Origin: Bradymonadia bacterium
Lineage (GTDB): Bacteria; Myxococcota_A; Bradymonadia; UBA7976; UBA1532
NCBI GenBank assembly: GCA_046290225.1
Contig: JBKAGE010000078.1
Coordinates: 160,001-224,000, forward strand
DNA length: 64,000 nucleotides
Reading direction: 5' to 3'
The notes below the pieces were generated by a model. It was given only the letters and a program-made list of their open reading frames with translations, had not been told where the DNA came from and did not search any database. The stretch's first letter is position 1; the number at the start of each line of letters is the position of its first letter. Both the position numbers and the translations under genes were made by a program. Below are positions 59,519 through 64,000 of the stretch, piece after piece.

Positions 59519-62500
59519 AGGAGCTGCCCCAATGGGTCACGGAGGTTGGGAACGAGCCTTGAGCAGGACGGCTCGTGGTGGCGCTTTCCTTCACGACGCC
59601 ATCGGCATCACAGTTCATGCACACGGAGAGGTTGGTGCCGCTGGACTCGGCGAACATGGCGCCGTCGAGAGCCTTCCGGGTCACCCCGCGGCCATCTTCG
59701 AGCGTCTCCACCTGCATCTGCTCGGTGGACATCTGATCGCCGCTGGCACCATTGCTCTCGTCGGCGAGGTTGAGCACTACCTGCTCCACTTCTGCACCGC
59801 CACCACAGGAAGGCATCCGCGCAGTGATGAGGCCATAGGCCACCCGCCCCGGCGGCAAGACCACCGCAAGGGCGCTCTCGTCATCTCCCAGGGGCAGCCC
59901 TGCCATCACACGTGAAGAGCGGCCGTCACCGAGGGCGCGTGCCTCGGGCTCCCCATCTGCATCAACGTGGGCGCCAACAGCCTTCACGCCATACAACTTG
60001 CCTTGGGCAGAGCCACAGGCATTGTCGTCTACCTCGGCGAGGGTGGTGAAGAGCACCGCATCGCCCATGGCGACGGGATCTCCCACGGCCCCCTCCCCCT
60101 CGCTGAGGGGGAGCACCCAGTTGGCGCTCACCGCGAATTCGCCGGACTCTCGATCACGTACATCGGAGATGCTCGCCGCAAACCCGCCATCACTCTCTTC
60201 CATTGCAGCACCATCTGCATCGAGGACGCGCTTCTCAGTGGTGAAGATGATCGTGGGCTGGCCATCCGTCCGGTTGACGATGACCGGCTTGCTGGTGATG
60301 GCGCCCCCGCCTTCGTACCCCTGAGCGTCGTCGCCTGCGACGGGCCAGATGGAGGAGAGCGTCCACTGGTTGGGCTGGTCGCTCATGAGGTTCAAGCGCC
60401 AGAGCCGACCCTCGCTGTCGCCGATGTACACCAACTTGGCCACGGCACCCGTCTGAGGTGGCCAGACAGCGGGCGCCCCCACCATGCCACCATCGAGTTC
60501 ACCGGTGATGCCTTGTGATCTGGCAGTGCTGAACTCTCGGATGACCTCACCCGTGAAGGCGTCGATCACGAGCACACATCGCCCTGGGCGATCTGCCCCT
60601 CGACCAGGCCGTCGCTCCGGATCCTCCCCACACCCCACGATCACTGCAGCCTTCGCCTGGTTGCCGATGCGCACCTGGGTCAAGGCTGGCTCGGAGACAG
60701 TATTGCCGAGGCTCTCGACCTCCCGGGTGCTCACCGACCATGGTGGAAAGGAGCCAATGTTCGCGGGGAACAAGAGCTGGTCGCTGATGATGGCGTTCTC
60801 CTCGAGCATGCCGAGGTTGGTGGCATCGACGCCGTAGATCCCCTTGCCGGCACGGCCGAGGGTGCCCACGAGGAACGTCCGGAAGTTGACCTGGGCGCTC
60901 CCGGCATTGGGGCAATCGAGGCCACCCTGAGCATTCATGTTGCGACACACCGGCAGATCCCCACTCACGAGATCACCATCGACCGTGAGCGTGTTCTCCA
61001 TTTGATCGAGCTTGGGCCAGACCTCTCGAGGCACCAGGTTGGCCAGCTCCGCACCGTCGTGTGCTCTGAAGACGTGCACCGCACCATCGTTCGCAGGCAC
61101 GGCGATGACGGTGGGCCGATCTTTGTACTCATCCTTGAAGGCTTTGTAGGCCGGGCTGGTGAAGCTCGCATTGGGACTCGAGATCGCAGTCATCTTGCCT
61201 GCGATCACTGCGCCAAGACGACGTGTACCCCGCCCCTGCGCCCGACGACCATCAGGCAACCCCGCCGGGCCGAAGAAGCCCGCAAGGGTTTGGCCGGCGT
61301 AGTCCACACGGTGCCGCTCATTGACATCAACTCCAGCTTCGTCGGCGTTCTCATCGGCATCACCATCTAAATCGAAGAGCGCATCGTCCATGCCCATGTA
61401 GTCCACGCCAATTCGGCGCCGCTTGGAGTCATCGGGTACGCCGTCTTCGTCGAACAAGGCGTTGATACCGCCCATGACCACCTCAACACCACCATCATCT
61501 GAAGGCGTGAAGGCTCTACGGCGTAGATCATCCTGGTTGAGCCCTTCGTGAAAGCCGGTGACGCCCTGGGAGACCAGGGCGTCGTTCCCGCCACATACAA
61601 AGTCCTCCCGATTGACCACCCCGAACCAGGCGTTGTCGGTGTCGGTGGCCAGCTGAGCATAGGCGCTCACCTGCCATACTTTGGTATTGTTGTTGCCATC
61701 ACCCATGGCCTTGAGATCGGCCTTGGTCGGCGTCACCATCAAAGGTGGTGTGCGGCCCTGACGGCTGGTGGAGTTCTTGGCTTTGATGACATTGAGGGCC
61801 CGCTTGAGCTCATCGGCATTTTCAGCCCAGAACCAGCCATCATTCTCATCTTCGCCGCCACTCGCAGCGGCGATGCTCGCCACCTTGGCCTGCAGGAGAG
61901 GATTGCTGTCTTTGGGGCCCACACCAATGACGTAGACCGTCACACCGCTGGCGTCGAGGGCCGCAGCAGCGGCCTCGCTGGTCTGGTACGGCCAGCCCTC
62001 GGGGTATTTACACGCCCTCAAGCCGCCCTGGCCGAGCTCGCAGCTGCCACCTGCACAGTCGTTGTTGTCATTGCAGGGCTGACCCCCGTAGTAGTCCGTG
62101 GGCACGCTGCCCAGGATCAACACCGCAATGCGGCGGCGACAGTTGCCCCCTTCTTCATTGCGTCGGCTGATGTGGGCTTCGAGATCGGTGAGGGCCGCGG
62201 CGACAGGGGCTCGCCCCATGGGCACGATGCGGCGCAGCTCGTCCATGACGTACCGGTTGTGGGCAGCGATCGAAGCAGGCTGCTCGGACACGACGATGTT
62301 AATGCCACCAGGGACGCCCCGCTCACCGTCGACTGAGCGCCCGTTGATGGCGTCGAAGGTGCGAATGCCCATGTTAGGTTGTGTCACGCCACCACCGGGG
62401 AACGAGGTGGCGTCGGCAACACTCTGGGGGACGTTCAGGACCTCGCCACCGAAGGAAGCAGTGTCTTGAGGGCCCTCTTTCTGCGCGGAGACGTCAAAGG

Positions 62501-63047
62501 ACATCACCCCGAAACGTACGGTTTCGATGTTCTGCTGGATGAAGCCATCGTCGGTGAACGCCTGCAGATTCCGCGTGGCGTCGTCGAACCCACGGGCCTT
62601 GCCGTGATCGTTGTTGCAGGGCGCCCAATCCTTGCAATCATTCGCAACGGAAAGCTCGCAACACATCGCCCGGGCGTGCACGAACGACAGCTGCCCGTCG
62701 TTGTAATGGTGGCCCTCTCGATTGTCGAGGACACACCAGTGGTCACCGAGCGCCGAGCGGCCGGCGAGGGCTTCCTGCACCACCATCATCCGGGTCTTGC
62801 TGTAGAGGTTGAATGCTCTCTGCGGGGTCATGTCATCCCGAACCGGACCCGCATCACAGCTGGGCTGGCCAAAGCCGACGATGCGCTGAGACATCTCCCG
62901 AGAGCTGTCGATGAGCAGCAACATCTCTGGGGCGTTGCCCCCGCCATCGAGAGCGACAGCGTTCTCCTGCCCATGGGCGACGCCCACAAGGGCGAAGCCC
63001 GACAGCAGCGAGATCAGCAGGGTCTGAGTCGTTGTACTGAGACGCAT
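59508..63047 (-). CDS. pilY1: PilY1/PilC-like type IV pilus tip adhesin with VWA-like N-terminal region
   Basis: Signal peptide; LLIDSSREM; propeller motifs RPTVIAVPANDGAVHVF and VYIGDSEGRLWRLNL; follows pilX. Confidence 0.8.
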   Translation of the reverse strand: MRLSTTTQTLLISLLSGFALVGVAHGQENAVALDGGGNAPEMLLLIDSSREMSQRIVGFGQPSCDAGPVRDDMTPQRAFNLYSKTRMMVVQEALAGRSALGDHWCVLDNREGHHYNDGQLSFVHARAMCCELSVANDCKDWAPCNNDHGKARGFDDATRNLQAFTDDGFIQQNIETVRFGVMSFDVSAQKEGPQDTASFGGEVLNVPQSVADATSFPGGGVTQPNMGIRTFDAINGRSVDGERGVPGGINIVVSEQPASIAAHNRYVMDELRRIVPMGRAPVAAALTDLEAHISRRNEEGGNCRRRIAVLILGSVPTDYYGGQPCNDNNDCAGGSCELGQGGLRACKYPEGWPYQTSEAAAAALDASGVTVYVIGVGPKDSNPLLQAKVASIAAASGGEDENDGWFWAENADELKRALNVIKAKNSTSRQGRTPPLMVTPTKADLKAMGDGNNNTKVWQVSAYAQLATDTDNAWFGVVNREDFVCGGNDALVSQGVTGFHEGLNQDDLRRRAFTPSDDGGVEVVMGGINALFDEDGVPDDSKRRRIGVDYMGMDDALFDLDGDADENADEAGVDVNERHRVDYAGQTLAGFFGPAGLPDGRRAQGRGTRRLGAVIAGKMTAISSPNASFTSPAYKAFKDEYKDRPTVIAVPANDGAVHVFRAHDGAELANLVPREVWPKLDQMENTLTVDGDLVSGDLPVCRNMNAQGGLDCPNAGSAQVNFRTFLVGTLGRAGKGIYGVDATNLGMLEENAIISDQLLFPANIGSFPPWSVSTREVESLGNTVSEPALTQVRIGNQAKAAVIVGCGEDPERRPGRGADRPGRCVLVIDAFTGEVIREFSTARSQGITGELDGGMVGAPAVWPPQTGAVAKLVYIGDSEGRLWRLNLMSDQPNQWTLSSIWPVAGDDAQGYEGGGAITSKPVIVNRTDGQPTIIFTTEKRVLDADGAAMEESDGGFAASISDVRDRESGEFAVSANWVLPLSEGEGAVGDPVAMGDAVLFTTLAEVDDNACGSAQGKLYGVKAVGAHVDADGEPEARALGDGRSSRVMAGLPLGDDESALAVVLPPGRVAYGLITARMPSCGGGAEVEQVVLNLADESNGASGDQMSTEQMQVETLEDGRGVTRKALDGAMFAESSGTNLSVCMNCDADGVVKESATTSRPAQGSFPTSVTHWGSSFAD

Positions 63048-63048
63048 G

Positions 63049-63711
63049 TCAACTCCCACACAGCGCGTTGGGGACCTCGGCGAGGTACATGGCAGATTTC
63101 ACCGCATGCTCCGCGAAGGGTCGGTCAAAGTTGAGATTCTGATAGTCGGCGGGCTTGGCCACGGCCTCGCTGGCCACGTAGCCAAAAGACGTGAACTCGA
63201 GCAGGCAATAGGTGTAGCCATCGCGTGAGCTCTGACCTGGCGGATCGCTCACCGGCTCGAACCCTTCCACCCGGACATAGTAGCTGGCCACGAGGCCCGA
63301 GGTTTCACCGAAGACGCCGAGGGCGTTCGGGGTAGCCCCACCAAAGAAGTCGGGTGAGGCCGGCTCCACGAACCCTTCAGGCTGGTCGAGCGGGTCCTCA
63401 GCCTCGGGATCATTGAGGCTGTAAGCGTCGATGTCACCGTCGCTCGTGACCTTTATCCAGCAGTCCCCGTTGCATCCTGTAGATTCCCGCAGCTGCATCA
63501 CGTTCGGATCACTGTTGAACAACGTGTTGGCGTGAAACAGCCCCGCCTCGGCGATGTACCGGGCCTGCTTGGAGAGCTTCAGGTTGCCTGAGCCTGCGAC
63601 GGTCTGCGTGGTGGTGTGCATGGCCATCAGGCCCAAGGCCAGCATGGCGCTCAAGATGAGCACTGCCAGGACCAGGGCGCTGCCACGCTCGCTTCTGCGC
63701 TTCACCCTCAT
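63049..63711 (-). CDS. pilX: PilX-like minor pilin
   Basis: Prepilin-like SERG-SALVLAVLIL without Glu5; QARYIAEAG motif. Confidence 0.8.
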   Translation of the reverse strand: MRVKRRSERGSALVLAVLILSAMLALGLMAMHTTTQTVAGSGNLKLSKQARYIAEAGLFHANTLFNSDPNVMQLRESTGCNGDCWIKVTSDGDIDAYSLNDPEAEDPLDQPEGFVEPASPDFFGGATPNALGVFGETSGLVASYYVRVEGFEPVSDPPGQSSRDGYTYCLLEFTSFGYVASEAVAKPADYQNLNFDRPFAEHAVKSAMYLAEVPNALCGS

Positions 63712-64000
63712 GGTGCCCCCCAGCTGTAGGACTTGACGATGTTGGGGGTCTCCACCACCGACGACAGCGTCGCCACTCTGGCGAGCGTGTCCTGAGCGCC
63801 GCCGCCCACCTGCACGTTGAACCAGTTGCGATCAGCCATCTTCTGGTTGGCGATGCCCAGGGTGAACTGATTGTCCTCTCGGGGTGTCCGCGCAGCGAGC
63901 AGCATGTGAATGCCCCGCAGTCGATGGGTCCGCAGGTTCATGGCTTCTTCTTCATCTTCGAGCCAGTTCCCCACGTCATCAGTGAGATCGTCATCTGCAG
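63708..64000 (-). CDS. C-terminal part of a probable PilW-like minor pilin (truncated by window edge)
   Basis: Frame open to the window end; LRGIHMLLAART...LSSVVETPN; ATGA overlap with pilX. Confidence 0.5.
   Translation of the reverse strand, partial: ADDDLTDDVGNWLEDEEEAMNLRTHRLRGIHMLLAARTPREDNQFTLGIANQKMADRNWFNVQVGGGAQDTLARVATLSSVVETPNIVKSYSWGAP

Overview
High-GC (about two-thirds by eye, not computed), gene-dense bacterial chromosomal window. The gene content points to Myxococcota or a related deltaproteobacterial lineage (inference): giant metzincin lipoproteins, a PEGA protein, a Ser/Thr kinase-FGE fusion, PilZ proteins, a PilW/PilX/PilY1 cluster and a large sigma54 activator. Housekeeping genes: cinA-like, dapD, gcvH, gcvT, folD, rlmD-like, clpB, greA, carB, lipA, rpsU. 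Less characterised loci: (i) a 1314-aa STAND-NTPase/TPR/sigma54 activator coupled to a lipoprotein with three EPVPMPARN repeats, followed by a hairpin-rich intergenic region; (ii) two tandem ~1400-aa zinc-metalloprotease lipoproteins behind a near-consensus sigma54 promoter; (iii) a nine-gene MoxR/DUF58/VWA operon with an exported prenyltransferase/cyclase-fold protein and a degenerate ABC ATPase; (iv) a CX21CX2C radical SAM gene and an HTH-PilZ gene upstream of folD-gcvT-gcvH; (v) an internally deleted 90-aa DUF62 mini-gene. No rRNA, tRNA, CRISPR array, transposase, integrase or prophage was recognised. All calls come from motif recognition by eye; no searches were run. Several starts were moved downstream of the ORF-track starts.
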